From sequence record SRR20825006_339: a DNA stretch of 64,000 nt; one strand, written 5' to 3'. Positions 48,041 to 57,571 of the stretch are shown here, piece by piece. Each line of letters begins with the position of its first letter. The stretch's first letter is position 1. Both the position numbers and the translations under genes were made by a program. The notes under the pieces are model-generated. The model worked only from the letters and a program-made list of their open reading frames with translations, was not told where the DNA came from and ran no database searches.

Positions 48041-50311
48041 ATGGTTCGAAATCAATTATTTCTCACCATTCTGTTCCTAATGGTTGGCGTAATGCCAGCC
48101 ATTGGACAGAATCTAGCTTATTCAATTAAGGGCAATGTATTTGATGGCGAGTCAAAAGATGTCATCCCCTTTTCATACGTTCATCTTGAAGAGCTAAACA
48201 GAACTACTGTTTCAACAGCTGACGGGTATTTTGAATTAAAAAATATACCTCAAGGTGTCTACACAATTACCATTCATCAAATTGGTTATGCAACACAGTC
48301 GCGTAAAATCTTCATAGATAATGCAGACATAGAGCTTAAAATCGAGTTGCGAACTTCTGTTTTTAGCTCTGAAGCGATTGAAGTAATTGGCGAGAAAAGT
48401 GATTTATCTGGAGCTAACCTAGCTCATGCATCAAAAAAAGTATTCGGCGCAGATTTGCGAAGAAATCTCGGCAGTACTCTTTCCCAAACACTCAGCAACT
48501 TACCGGGCTTTGATCAGCGCTCTAATGGTGCCGCTCCAGGAAGGCCTGTAATTAGAGGACTGGGTGATGAAAGAGTGGTGATTCTTCAAGATGGAATGAG
48601 TTCCGGAGATATATCTGCACAATCATCAGATCATGCAGTAACCATAGATCCTGCCTCAGCCAATGAGATTGAAATTGCTCGTGGTCCTGCAGCACTCGCT
48701 TTTGGCGCAAACGCCATCGGTGGTGTAATTAATGTGGTAAAAAATCAGATTACAACTACTCTACCTAGCAAAATTAATGGAACCTTCTCTCTAAATGGTC
48801 AATCTGTGAATACAGGATTATCTAGTGCTCTAAGTACAACCATTCCTGTTGGTACATTTGCTGTTCAAGCTGATTTAAGTGGGCGTTTTTCTAGCGACAC
48901 ACAAACTCCCGCTGGCAAGATTGATAACTCCTATTTCCGCACAACTAACGACGCTATCGGCCTAAGCTACTTACGTCCTTGGGGATATGCAGGTTTTTCG
49001 ACTAGTGTTTACGCAAGTAATTATGGCATACCTCCTGATCCCAACGGTCACGCTGGTGGAGTTGATATCAAAATGTTCAAACTTCAATATGATGCGAAAA
49101 CAGAAATTGTAGTAAATAAAGATTTCATAAAGGTTATTGAGATCGACGCCTCTTATAAAGACTACGAACACAAAGAAATTGAGGGAAAAGATTTTAATGG
49201 AAACGATGTAGTTGGAACACTCTTCAATCTAAAAACTACAAACGCGGATGTTCGTATCAAAAACAATCATTTTGGTTTATTTGAAAACGGAACATTTGGA
49301 ATCACAAGCCAATTTGAAGATTATATGGTTGAGGGATCTGGAACTCCTCCTGCTGATAATTTTAGTATGGGAGCCTATATCATTCAGGAAAAAGATTTGA
49401 ATGATTTACATTTAGAAGTTGGGTTACGCTTTGATATGGTTCGAACTAGAAGTAGTTCTGCCGGCGTGTTTTATCCCATTGGCATTCAGTCTGGAGCAAT
49501 AGATTCCACTTCATATAAAAACAGAAACTTTGAAGCTCTTTCTGGCTCTATTGCAGCAATCTATAATTTAGGTGGAGGACTTTCACTTGGTGCTAGTATT
49601 CTTCGTTCTTTTAGAGCTCCATCAATGGAAGAGTTGTATTCTGAAGGTCCTCATCTCGCATCATATTCATTCGAAATAGGAAATCCCGATTTGGATCCTG
49701 AACGTGCCTGGGCTAAAGAAGTCTTTGTAGGTTACCAATTAAATCGATTAAATCTTACAGCTGCGGTTTTCCATAATAGCTTTGATAATTTCTTGTTTGC
49801 TCAAAATACGGGGAGAATAAACCCTACAAGATCTGACCTCCAAGATTATCAGTTTACAGGTAATAAAGCATGGTTATATGGTTACGAATTTTCTGGCGAA
49901 GTTAAGCTTTCAAAAAACTTCTTAACCCAACTATCTGTTAGTAAAACTATTGGTGAACAAGAAGTTTCCATTGATAGTGGCGAAGATGTGAAAAAACCTC
50001 TTCCTCAAATACCACCCCTAAAAGGGAAACTATCTTTAAAGTATGTGAAGAATGAATTTGAAATAGGATCACAAATTCAACATGCAACAAAACAAGATAG
50101 AACTGGGGATTTTGAAACTGCCACAGATGCATATACAACAATTGATATTTTTAGCCAATATCGATTTAATAGCCGAAAATTACTGCATTCAATCTCATTT
50201 AACATCAATAATCTGTTAGATACTGAATATCAAAACCACCTTTCTAGAATAAAAGATTTAAGACCTGAACCTGGTAGGAATATTAGTCTACTTTATCGCG
50301 TATATTTCTGA
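48041..50311 (+). CDS. TonB-dependent receptor (ZnuD-like metal uptake) with N-terminal CarboxypepD_reg-like domain
   Basis: Plug RPVIRG...SSDHA, RGPAAL.FG..AIGGVIN, GPH, GNPDL and terminal YRVYF. Confidence 0.92.
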   Translation: MVRNQLFLTILFLMVGVMPAIGQNLAYSIKGNVFDGESKDVIPFSYVHLEELNRTTVSTADGYFELKNIPQGVYTITIHQIGYATQSRKIFIDNADIELKIELRTSVFSSEAIEVIGEKSDLSGANLAHASKKVFGADLRRNLGSTLSQTLSNLPGFDQRSNGAAPGRPVIRGLGDERVVILQDGMSSGDISAQSSDHAVTIDPASANEIEIARGPAALAFGANAIGGVINVVKNQITTTLPSKINGTFSLNGQSVNTGLSSALSTTIPVGTFAVQADLSGRFSSDTQTPAGKIDNSYFRTTNDAIGLSYLRPWGYAGFSTSVYASNYGIPPDPNGHAGGVDIKMFKLQYDAKTEIVVNKDFIKVIEIDASYKDYEHKEIEGKDFNGNDVVGTLFNLKTTNADVRIKNNHFGLFENGTFGITSQFEDYMVEGSGTPPADNFSMGAYIIQEKDLNDLHLEVGLRFDMVRTRSSSAGVFYPIGIQSGAIDSTSYKNRNFEALSGSIAAIYNLGGGLSLGASILRSFRAPSMEELYSEGPHLASYSFEIGNPDLDPERAWAKEVFVGYQLNRLNLTAAVFHNSFDNFLFAQNTGRINPTRSDLQDYQFTGNKAWLYGYEFSGEVKLSKNFLTQLSVSKTIGEQEVSIDSGEDVKKPLPQIPPLKGKLSLKYVKNEFEIGSQIQHATKQDRTGDFETATDAYTTIDIFSQYRFNSRKLLHSISFNINNLLDTEYQNHLSRIKDLRPEPGRNISLLYRVYF

Positions 50312-50314
50312 CAT

Positions 50315-50350
50315 AAAAAAAGGACCTCAAAACAATCAGTCTTGAGGTCC
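50315..50350 (-). terminator. Intrinsic terminator with poly-U on the minus strand
   Basis: GGACCTCAA-N11-TTGAGGTCC stem preceded on + by AAAAAAA. It may also end the receptor mRNA. Confidence 0.7.
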
Positions 50351-50508
50351 ATTGATAATATAGCTTAAGGAGTAGCTCTTTTATTTTTTACTCGACGGGT
50401 AATCGAGTAAATCTCTCTCAACTTAAAAGAGAGCTCTAAACTGATAATGTTACAAATAAATAAATCGTTTATTTATTTGTGTAAGAAACTAATAAAACAA
50501 CACATACA

Positions 50509-51372
50509 ATGCCTTTTAAATTTTATTCTCAAAAATTTTTACTTTTATTACTTCTATTTGTGTCACTTAGTTGTGCTACCATTAAAGACTTTGCAAGCAT
50601 GCAGAAACCAACTGCTAGAATTAGTGATTTTAAGGTTACAAATTTTTCATTGCAGGACATTGAGTTAACTTTTGATATGGAAGTTGATAATCCAAATCCG
50701 GTTACTGTTGCTCTTTCACAATACGATTATGATTTGCAGCTAAACTCTCAATCTTTAGTAAAAGGTAGCCAGCCAACAAATTCAAGTGTTGAAGCCTCAG
50801 GAAAAAGTATCGTTCAAATTCCCGTTTCATTCGGATTTAAGGATTTATACGATCTTGCTAGTTCTTTAAAAGATCAAGACGAGACAGATTTTAACTTTGC
50901 AGCCAATGCAGAGATTGACGTTCCTATACTTGGTAAAATTACCATCCCTGTAAACAAAACAGGTAAATTGCCTGTTGTTAAATTTCCAAGTATCAATGTT
51001 GGCAGCGTAAAAGTTTCGAAATTATCATTCACAAAAATTGATTTAGAAGTTCAAGTAGATATCGATAACCCGAACTCTTTTGATCTTAACTTTGATAACT
51101 TAAACTACAATTTTGCATTAAACGGCATTAAAGCAATTTCTGGAAAATCAGAGAGTACTATAAATGTTCTCAAGAAATCTGGTTCTAAACTTACACTTCC
51201 TATAAGTTTAAATTTATTTGAGCTTGGTTCTGAAGTAAGAAAGGCATTAGTTGATGGAAAACCTTTCCAATACAGTATCACTGGAAATGCAGATGTTGGC
51301 TCTTCCCTACCAATCTTTAAAACTTCAGCATTTGATTTTGATAAATCCGGAGTTGTTGATATCCTAAAATAA
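50509..51372 (+). CDS. LEA type 2 (WHy) domain lipoprotein, two domains
   Basis: Lipobox SLSC; two V.NPN motifs. Confidence 0.88.
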   Translation: MPFKFYSQKFLLLLLLFVSLSCATIKDFASMQKPTARISDFKVTNFSLQDIELTFDMEVDNPNPVTVALSQYDYDLQLNSQSLVKGSQPTNSSVEASGKSIVQIPVSFGFKDLYDLASSLKDQDETDFNFAANAEIDVPILGKITIPVNKTGKLPVVKFPSINVGSVKVSKLSFTKIDLEVQVDIDNPNSFDLNFDNLNYNFALNGIKAISGKSESTINVLKKSGSKLTLPISLNLFELGSEVRKALVDGKPFQYSITGNADVGSSLPIFKTSAFDFDKSGVVDILK

Positions 51373-51384
51373 AAATCTCATACT

Positions 51385-51843
51385 TTGACTTACGTAAGCT
51401 ACATAGAAACTCCCATCGGATACTTAAGGATACTGTCGAACGGTGACGGAATTACAGGAATTAAATTTCTGGATTATGATGGTCCAGATGATCCTGACAT
51501 CCACACCGAGTCTGCTAAAACGCAGCTTAAGGAATATTTCGACGGGTTGAGAAATGAGTTTAGTCTTACGCTTCTACCAGACGGAACCGACTTCGAGCGT
51601 TCTGTTTGGGGTAAGTTAAACGAGATTCCCAGTGGAACTACCACAAGCTATGGCAGTATTGCAAAACAGCTAGGCGATAAAAACTTTGCTCAAGCTGTTG
51701 GGCATGCCAATGGAAAGAACCCAATAGCTATCGTTATTCCCTGCCATCGCGTTATTGGCTCAGATAATAAATTAGTGGGATATGCCGGCGGTAGAGAACG
51801 AAAAGAATGGCTCCTAAAGCATGAAGGCTCCATTTTATTGTAA
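51385..51843 (+). CDS. ogt: Methylated-DNA-protein-cysteine methyltransferase
   Basis: IPCHRV active site and GYAGG motif. Confidence 0.95.
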   Translation: MTYVSYIETPIGYLRILSNGDGITGIKFLDYDGPDDPDIHTESAKTQLKEYFDGLRNEFSLTLLPDGTDFERSVWGKLNEIPSGTTTSYGSIAKQLGDKNFAQAVGHANGKNPIAIVIPCHRVIGSDNKLVGYAGGRERKEWLLKHEGSILL

Positions 51844-52008
51844 CGCTTTTTTACGCCTACAAACTTTTATTTTAAATAGCTTTCAGATAAATTATTGTAT
51901 ATGCTTTTTTGTGTTAGGTAATTACTGCCTCAGCACATTGGAACAGAACAATTATAATGAAGTACCATTAGGCTACGTACTAAATACTACTAACCAATCA
52001 GAACTATT

Positions 52009-52473
52009 ATGATTATTAAAAAGATTTTTATCGCTGGTTTATTTACTCTTCTAACCGTTTCTGTTCAAGCACAGAACAAAGGTTTTGCCCTTGGTGCTCA
52101 ACTCTTTAGCCCAACGGGCATATCTGCGAAATATGCTATCTCAGAATCTTCATCAATTACAGGGGCAACATCTTTTAGGTTGAACGATTTCAACAATAAC
52201 ATCACACTTCAAGGTAACTTCATCTTAAATGGAGCAAAAGACCAATTCAACTTAGAGTCTGGACTACTTAGAAGTTATTATGGGATTGGCTTGAACCTAA
52301 TTTTCCAAGAGCGCGGTGACGCTTTTATTGGATTTAGAATTCCAGTTGGTGTAGAGTATGCATTAGAAAACCAACCTCTTGAAATTTATATGGATGTTGC
52401 ACCAACATTAAGCATAAAACCCAATACGATGTTCTACTTTGACAGTTCAATGGGTGTGAGATATTTCTTTTAA
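52009..52473 (+). CDS. Small outer-membrane beta-barrel protein
   Basis: Signal peptide, alternating beta strands and terminal GVRYFF. Confidence 0.7.
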   Translation: MIIKKIFIAGLFTLLTVSVQAQNKGFALGAQLFSPTGISAKYAISESSSITGATSFRLNDFNNNITLQGNFILNGAKDQFNLESGLLRSYYGIGLNLIFQERGDAFIGFRIPVGVEYALENQPLEIYMDVAPTLSIKPNTMFYFDSSMGVRYFF

Positions 52474-52496
52474 CAAACTATAGTTTACAGTAGAAT

Positions 52497-53033
52497 ATGG
52501 CATGGCATTCTAGGCGAGATTCTCGCAAAATTCATAGATGGGGAGCGATAATTATTGCGCTCCCTTTTTTAATTGTTTTAATCTCGGGACTTTTTCTACA
52601 ACTAAAGAAAGACGTGGCATGGATTCAACCCGTAACTCAGAATGGAGCTCAGCCCTCGCCTGAGATAAGTTTTGACCAAATTCTTGAAACCGCCAAAACT
52701 GTACCGCAAGCGGAAATTCAAACTTGGGCTGATATCGATCGGCTTGACGTTCGCCCTACTAAAGGTATTGTAAAAGTTAGAGCAGTTAACAATTGGGAAG
52801 TTCAAATTGATACTTATACTGGTGAAATCCTTCAAACAGAATTCCGCCGAACGAATATTATCGAATCCTTACATGACGGAACTTGGTTTCATGATAGCGC
52901 CAAGCTTTGGATTTTCCTCCCCTCAAGTATCATTGTCTTAGTTTTATGGATTACAGGAATTTATTTGTTTCTTGTCCCCTACCTTTCAAAACGAAAAAAT
53001 CGTAAGCGTTTTAAGGATATTAAATCCACATAA
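52497..53033 (+). CDS. PepSY-associated TM domain protein
   Basis: RKIHRW...SG, IDTYTGEIL and LHDG...LWITG motifs. Confidence 0.85.
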   Translation: MAWHSRRDSRKIHRWGAIIIALPFLIVLISGLFLQLKKDVAWIQPVTQNGAQPSPEISFDQILETAKTVPQAEIQTWADIDRLDVRPTKGIVKVRAVNNWEVQIDTYTGEILQTEFRRTNIIESLHDGTWFHDSAKLWIFLPSSIIVLVLWITGIYLFLVPYLSKRKNRKRFKDIKST

Positions 53034-53043
53034 TAGGACTATT

Positions 53044-53733
53044 GTGAAGCAGACATTTTTTGTACTCGGGATTATTTCAATGGCATTCCTTTTTAATAAC
53101 AATGTTAAAGCTCAAGATTGGGCAGATCTAAACCGTTTCAAAAAAGAGAATGAACTACTAGAAAAGCCTAGCCCGAATGAACAAAGAGTAGTTTTTATGG
53201 GGAACTCCATCACTATTGGATGGAAGAATAAGGTTCCTGAATATTTCCAGAATAAACCTTACATAAATCGTGGAATTAGCGGGCAGACAACTCCCCAAAT
53301 GCTTCTTCGTTTTCGACAAGATGTCCTCGATTTGCAGCCAGCTGTTGTTGTGCTTTTAGCTGGAACCAACGACATCGCTGAAAACACTGGTCCTATTACC
53401 TTAAAGATGATCGCAGGTAATATTTTCTCGATGGCAGAACTTGCTGAAGCACATGGAATTCGAGTAGTGCTTAGTTCGGTGCTTCCTGTTTACGATTATC
53501 CTTGGAAAAAAGGACTTAATCCAGCTCCTAAAATTATCGCGCTTAATACTATGATTAAACAATATGCTACTCAGCACAATCACATCTATTTAGATTATTT
53601 CTCTACCATGGTTGACGATAAAAATGGATTAAAAGCTGAATATTCTAACGATGGTGTCCACCCCACCTCAGCTGGTTATACGGTTATGGCACCACTTCTT
53701 GAAGAAGCTTTACAGAAAGCCCTAAATCAATAG
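53044..53733 (+). CDS. SGNH/GDSL hydrolase, secreted
   Basis: GNSIT, NRGISGQ, GTND and DGVHP; GTG start at 53044 gives a signal peptide. Confidence 0.92.
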   Translation: MKQTFFVLGIISMAFLFNNNVKAQDWADLNRFKKENELLEKPSPNEQRVVFMGNSITIGWKNKVPEYFQNKPYINRGISGQTTPQMLLRFRQDVLDLQPAVVVLLAGTNDIAENTGPITLKMIAGNIFSMAELAEAHGIRVVLSSVLPVYDYPWKKGLNPAPKIIALNTMIKQYATQHNHIYLDYFSTMVDDKNGLKAEYSNDGVHPTSAGYTVMAPLLEEALQKALNQ

Positions 53734-53843
53734 CCACTCTAATAAACTATTGATGATGGATAGATGAGTTCCTCCATTATCATCTCTTCTTTTATCAATA
53801 ATAAACGTACATATTCCATCTTAATTAGTTGTAAATTTGGGGC

Positions 53844-55160
53844 ATGTCTACATCTACTATAAAAAATCAGAAAAGCATTCTTTCTAAACTCGGTATTGAG
53901 CAACTCAATGCCATGCAAGAAGAAGCTAAATACGCCATCCATTCAAACAACGAAGTAATTTTACTTTCCCCAACTGGAACAGGTAAAACACTTGCCTTTA
54001 TGCTTCCTACCATTGCAGGGTTAGACAAAAAGAATACCGAGGTTCAAGCTCTCATTTTAGTTCCATCTCGGGAATTAGCTATACAGATTGAGCAAGTTAC
54101 ACGCGAGATGGGAACTGGATATAAAGTAAATGCGGTTTATGGAGGAAGAGCAATGTCGAAAGATAAAGCCGATTTAAGCCATCCTCCTGCTATTTTGGTG
54201 GGAACGCCTGGACGAGTTGCAGATCACATCCGAAGAGAGTCCTTTTCAGTAGAGCACGTTAAAACGCTTATTTTGGATGAATTTGATAAGTCGCTTGAAG
54301 TAGGCTTTGAAGCTGAAATGATGGAGATAATTTCAGCACTTCCGAATATTAAAAAGAAGATTTTGACTTCGGCTACAAACCGGATTAAAATTCCTGAATT
54401 TGTGGAATTGGGGAATCCAACTACTGTAGATTTTAGCGATGTAGGAAGCTCCGTTCTAAAAATAAAAACGGTAATCTCGCCCTCAAAAGACAAGTTAGAA
54501 ACGCTAGGCAACTTACTAAAACATATTGGGAATGAACCTGGAATTGTATTCTGCAATTTCAAAGATTCTATTCAGCGTGTAAGTGATTATTTGAGCGATA
54601 ATAATATTAGTCACGGTTGTTTTCATGGAGACTTAGAGCAACAGGATCGCGAAAATGCTCTTATCAAATTTCGTAATGGAACGCACCATATTTTGCTAGC
54701 AACCGATTTAGCAGCTCGAGGAATCGATGTTCCTGAAATTGGTTTTATTATCCATTACCACTTGCCAATAAAGAACGAAGAGTTTACGCATAGGAATGGT
54801 AGAACGGCTAGAATGAATAGCAACGGTACCGCTTATGTCTTGATTTGGGAAGGTGAGAAATTGCCCGAGTTTATTCATCCCGATGAAGAACTTATTGAAC
54901 TCGAAGAATCTAGTCAGCCGCTAGGCACAAAATGGCAAACGCTTTACATTTCTGGTGGTCGCAAAGACAAGATTTCAAAAGGTGATATTGCAGGATTGTT
55001 CTTTAAGCAAGGAAAGCTCAACAAAGATGAAGTTGGCTCCATTGAAATAAAACAAGATTGTGCCTTTGTAGCTGTTCCAACATCGAAAACACAAGATGTT
55101 ATAAAACTAACTGACCAAACACGCCTCAAGAAAAAGAAAATTCGAGTGCAGGTTATTTAG
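53844..55160 (+). CDS. DEAD-box RNA helicase with DbpA-type RNA-binding domain
   Basis: SPTGTGKT, DEFD, SAT, ARGID, HRNGRTAR and C-terminal GGRKDKISKGDI. Confidence 0.93.
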   Translation: MSTSTIKNQKSILSKLGIEQLNAMQEEAKYAIHSNNEVILLSPTGTGKTLAFMLPTIAGLDKKNTEVQALILVPSRELAIQIEQVTREMGTGYKVNAVYGGRAMSKDKADLSHPPAILVGTPGRVADHIRRESFSVEHVKTLILDEFDKSLEVGFEAEMMEIISALPNIKKKILTSATNRIKIPEFVELGNPTTVDFSDVGSSVLKIKTVISPSKDKLETLGNLLKHIGNEPGIVFCNFKDSIQRVSDYLSDNNISHGCFHGDLEQQDRENALIKFRNGTHHILLATDLAARGIDVPEIGFIIHYHLPIKNEEFTHRNGRTARMNSNGTAYVLIWEGEKLPEFIHPDEELIELEESSQPLGTKWQTLYISGGRKDKISKGDIAGLFFKQGKLNKDEVGSIEIKQDCAFVAVPTSKTQDVIKLTDQTRLKKKKIRVQVI

Positions 55161-55212
55161 GTTAGACTTACTCTATCAAAGTAGACATAAACCTCACTTT
55201 AAATCCCAAACA

Positions 55213-55599
55213 ATGGCACTTAAAAAAGGACTTACATTTTTTATCGCATTTGTTTGGTTAGTTAATGGACTCCTTTGCAAAGTGCTAAACCTTGTTCCTC
55301 GCCACGAACAAATAGTAGTAGCAATTTTAGGGGACGAATATTCTAGACCATTAACATTATTGATAGGTATAGCCGAGATAATAATGGCTATTTGGGTACT
55401 AAGTGGATTTAAATCCAAAATACATGCTAGTATTCAAATACTTGTTGTTGCAACAATGAATACTCTAGAATTTATTCTCGTACCCGATTTGTTATTTTGG
55501 GGAAAGTTTAATGTCCTATTCGCAATATTGTTTATTTTTATGGTATATACCACTGAGTTTGTAATCGATAAGAGACTAGATCATCAAAAACTAACGTGA
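55213..55599 (+). CDS. DoxX-like family membrane protein
   Basis: VWLVNGLLCK..., IGIAE; four TM helices. Confidence 0.75.
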   Translation: MALKKGLTFFIAFVWLVNGLLCKVLNLVPRHEQIVVAILGDEYSRPLTLLIGIAEIIMAIWVLSGFKSKIHASIQILVVATMNTLEFILVPDLLFWGKFNVLFAILFIFMVYTTEFVIDKRLDHQKLT

Positions 55600-56336
55600 T
55601 TTCATTCCTGCAAAATCATCCATTTCCTGTAGAGGCATACTTTGAAAGTTCTCTCGTACTAACTTTTGCCATCCCAAAAGACGAATTAATGAATCTTATT
55701 CCGATTTGTCTAGAGTTAGACACCTTCGATGATAAGTGGGCTTTTATTGCTGTGGCACTAGTTCAAACAAAAGATCTTAGACCAAAAGGGTTGCCAAAAA
55801 TTTTTGGTAGCGATTTTTATTTAGTTGGATATCGAGTATTTGTACATTATAAAACTAGCCAGGGAAAGAGTAAAAGAGGATTGTTCATTTTGAAATCAGA
55901 GACTGATAAAAAAAGAATGGAATTCTTAGGTAATATTTTTACTCACTATAAATACACCACAACAGATATCAATAAGGTAGATGACAGTAATCAAATTCGA
56001 ATAAATTCATCCTCCTCAAACTTTCAAATCATTTATTCGGATTCAGCGAAAAAAGTATCATTACCTAGTAGTTCTCCATTTCAAAGTTGGGAAATAGCTA
56101 GAAAATACGCAGGGCCTTTACCATACACTTTTTCTGTGAATCCCGACACAAAAGAAGTCTTATTAATTAAGGGAGTTCGTAAAAACTGGAAACCAGAACC
56201 TATAAAAATCATAGCGCAATCTTTCTCTTTTATTAACGAAATGAAACTGGAAGGAATACAACTTGCCAGCGCGTTCATCACAAAGAATATTTCCTACTAT
56301 TGGGAAAAAGGACAGCTTGATAAATGCACCAAGTGA
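55596..56336 (+). CDS. DUF2071 (YqjF-like) protein
   Basis: LELDTF...AF.AVA...YRVFV...RGL.IL pattern; GTGA overlap with the upstream stop. Confidence 0.7.
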   Translation: MISFLQNHPFPVEAYFESSLVLTFAIPKDELMNLIPICLELDTFDDKWAFIAVALVQTKDLRPKGLPKIFGSDFYLVGYRVFVHYKTSQGKSKRGLFILKSETDKKRMEFLGNIFTHYKYTTTDINKVDDSNQIRINSSSSNFQIIYSDSAKKVSLPSSSPFQSWEIARKYAGPLPYTFSVNPDTKEVLLIKGVRKNWKPEPIKIIAQSFSFINEMKLEGIQLASAFITKNISYYWEKGQLDKCTK

Positions 56337-57076
56337 GAAAACCTTTTCAAGGTGTGTTCAACATTATAAGATTCAACTGGCATTTTTTTGTTGGTGGATT
56401 GTCCTTTGCAATTTTCCTGCTATTTTTTAGCAATTATTTTTTTGGGATTCCTCTTTATGCAGCACTAGTAATTTTTACAAGCATATTAGTTTCTCTATCT
56501 GTTTCAGCATATATCTACGATTTTTCCAATCTATACACCTTTAATTGGCTACCAATAGAAACATCGGGTCAAGCTAAAAGCATTTTAAATCTTAATGCTG
56601 GGTTTGATGAGACAAGCGGGATTATCAGTGAAAAATATAATCCTGATTATTTCTATGTCTTCGACTTTTACAATCCCGATTTACATACTGAGATTTCAAT
56701 CAAAAGAGCTCGCAAAGCATACCCACCATACCCCAACACTCAATCGATAAAAACAACTCATATCCCTCTAAAAGATGGCTCTGTAGATTTAGCATTCTCA
56801 ATATTTGCAGCTCACGAAATCCGAAGTATTGAGGAAAGAGTTCTATTTTTTAAGGAATTACACCGTGTTATAAATATTAACGGTAAACTAATTGTAACAG
56901 AACATCTTCGAGATATACCTAACTTCTTGGCTTACAACTTTGGATTCTTTCACTTCTTTGGAGCAGAAAATTGGGATAAAATTTTCTATGATTCCAATTT
57001 CTCAGTAGACTCCGTTATTAAAATCACTCCATTTGTAACAACCTTCATATTATCTAAAAATGGAATATCAAGTTAA
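56324..57076 (+). CDS. Membrane-anchored class I SAM-dependent methyltransferase-like protein
   Basis: Two N-terminal TM helices; IPLKDGSVD...HEI...ELHRV...GKLIVTE; degenerate motif I (NLNAGFD). Confidence 0.7.
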   Translation: MHQVRKPFQGVFNIIRFNWHFFVGGLSFAIFLLFFSNYFFGIPLYAALVIFTSILVSLSVSAYIYDFSNLYTFNWLPIETSGQAKSILNLNAGFDETSGIISEKYNPDYFYVFDFYNPDLHTEISIKRARKAYPPYPNTQSIKTTHIPLKDGSVDLAFSIFAAHEIRSIEERVLFFKELHRVININGKLIVTEHLRDIPNFLAYNFGFFHFFGAENWDKIFYDSNFSVDSVIKITPFVTTFILSKNGISS

Positions 57077-57455
57077 AATAATTGGGGTTCTGTTAATGGT
57101 TTTAGGGATACTCCATAGTTTATTCCCTCGGTACTTTAATTGGAAATCTGAGTTAGAAAACCTGAGTTTGATTAATAGGCAAATGATGTATGTGCATACA
57201 TTTTTTATAGCATTTGTAGTTTTCTTTATGGGACTTCTATGTATTGAATCGGCAAAAGAATTAATCCATACTTCATTAGGTAGAAAGGTTTCGCTTGGCT
57301 TTAGCTTGTTCTGGTTTGCAAGATTATTAACTCAATTCTGGGGCTATTCATCAAAACTCTGGAAAGGAAAACCACTCGAAACTTCTATTCACATTTTGCT
57401 ATCTCTATTCTGGGCTTACCTAACCTTCATTTTCTTCTTAGTATATTTGAGCTAA
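57060..57455 (+). CDS. Hypothetical four-TM membrane protein
   Basis: 131-aa hydrophobic ORF with His residues in the TM helices (LH..FP, VHTFF, IH). Confidence 0.8.
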   Translation: MEYQVKIIGVLLMVLGILHSLFPRYFNWKSELENLSLINRQMMYVHTFFIAFVVFFMGLLCIESAKELIHTSLGRKVSLGFSLFWFARLLTQFWGYSSKLWKGKPLETSIHILLSLFWAYLTFIFFLVYLS

Positions 57456-57571
57456 AATATTCTTCCCTTCCCATTCAGAATTATATAATAGCACGTTTTC
57501 TATTCGTATATTTAGGTTGAAGAATAGCTTACCAATTCTTACATCGTTTTTATCCCTCACCTTTTTATACC

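Noticed and set aside
50447-50668. 73-aa ORF overlapping the LEA gene start; also 51821-52012 and 33167-33529
   Set aside because: Out-of-frame or antisense overlaps with stronger genes and low-complexity translations.
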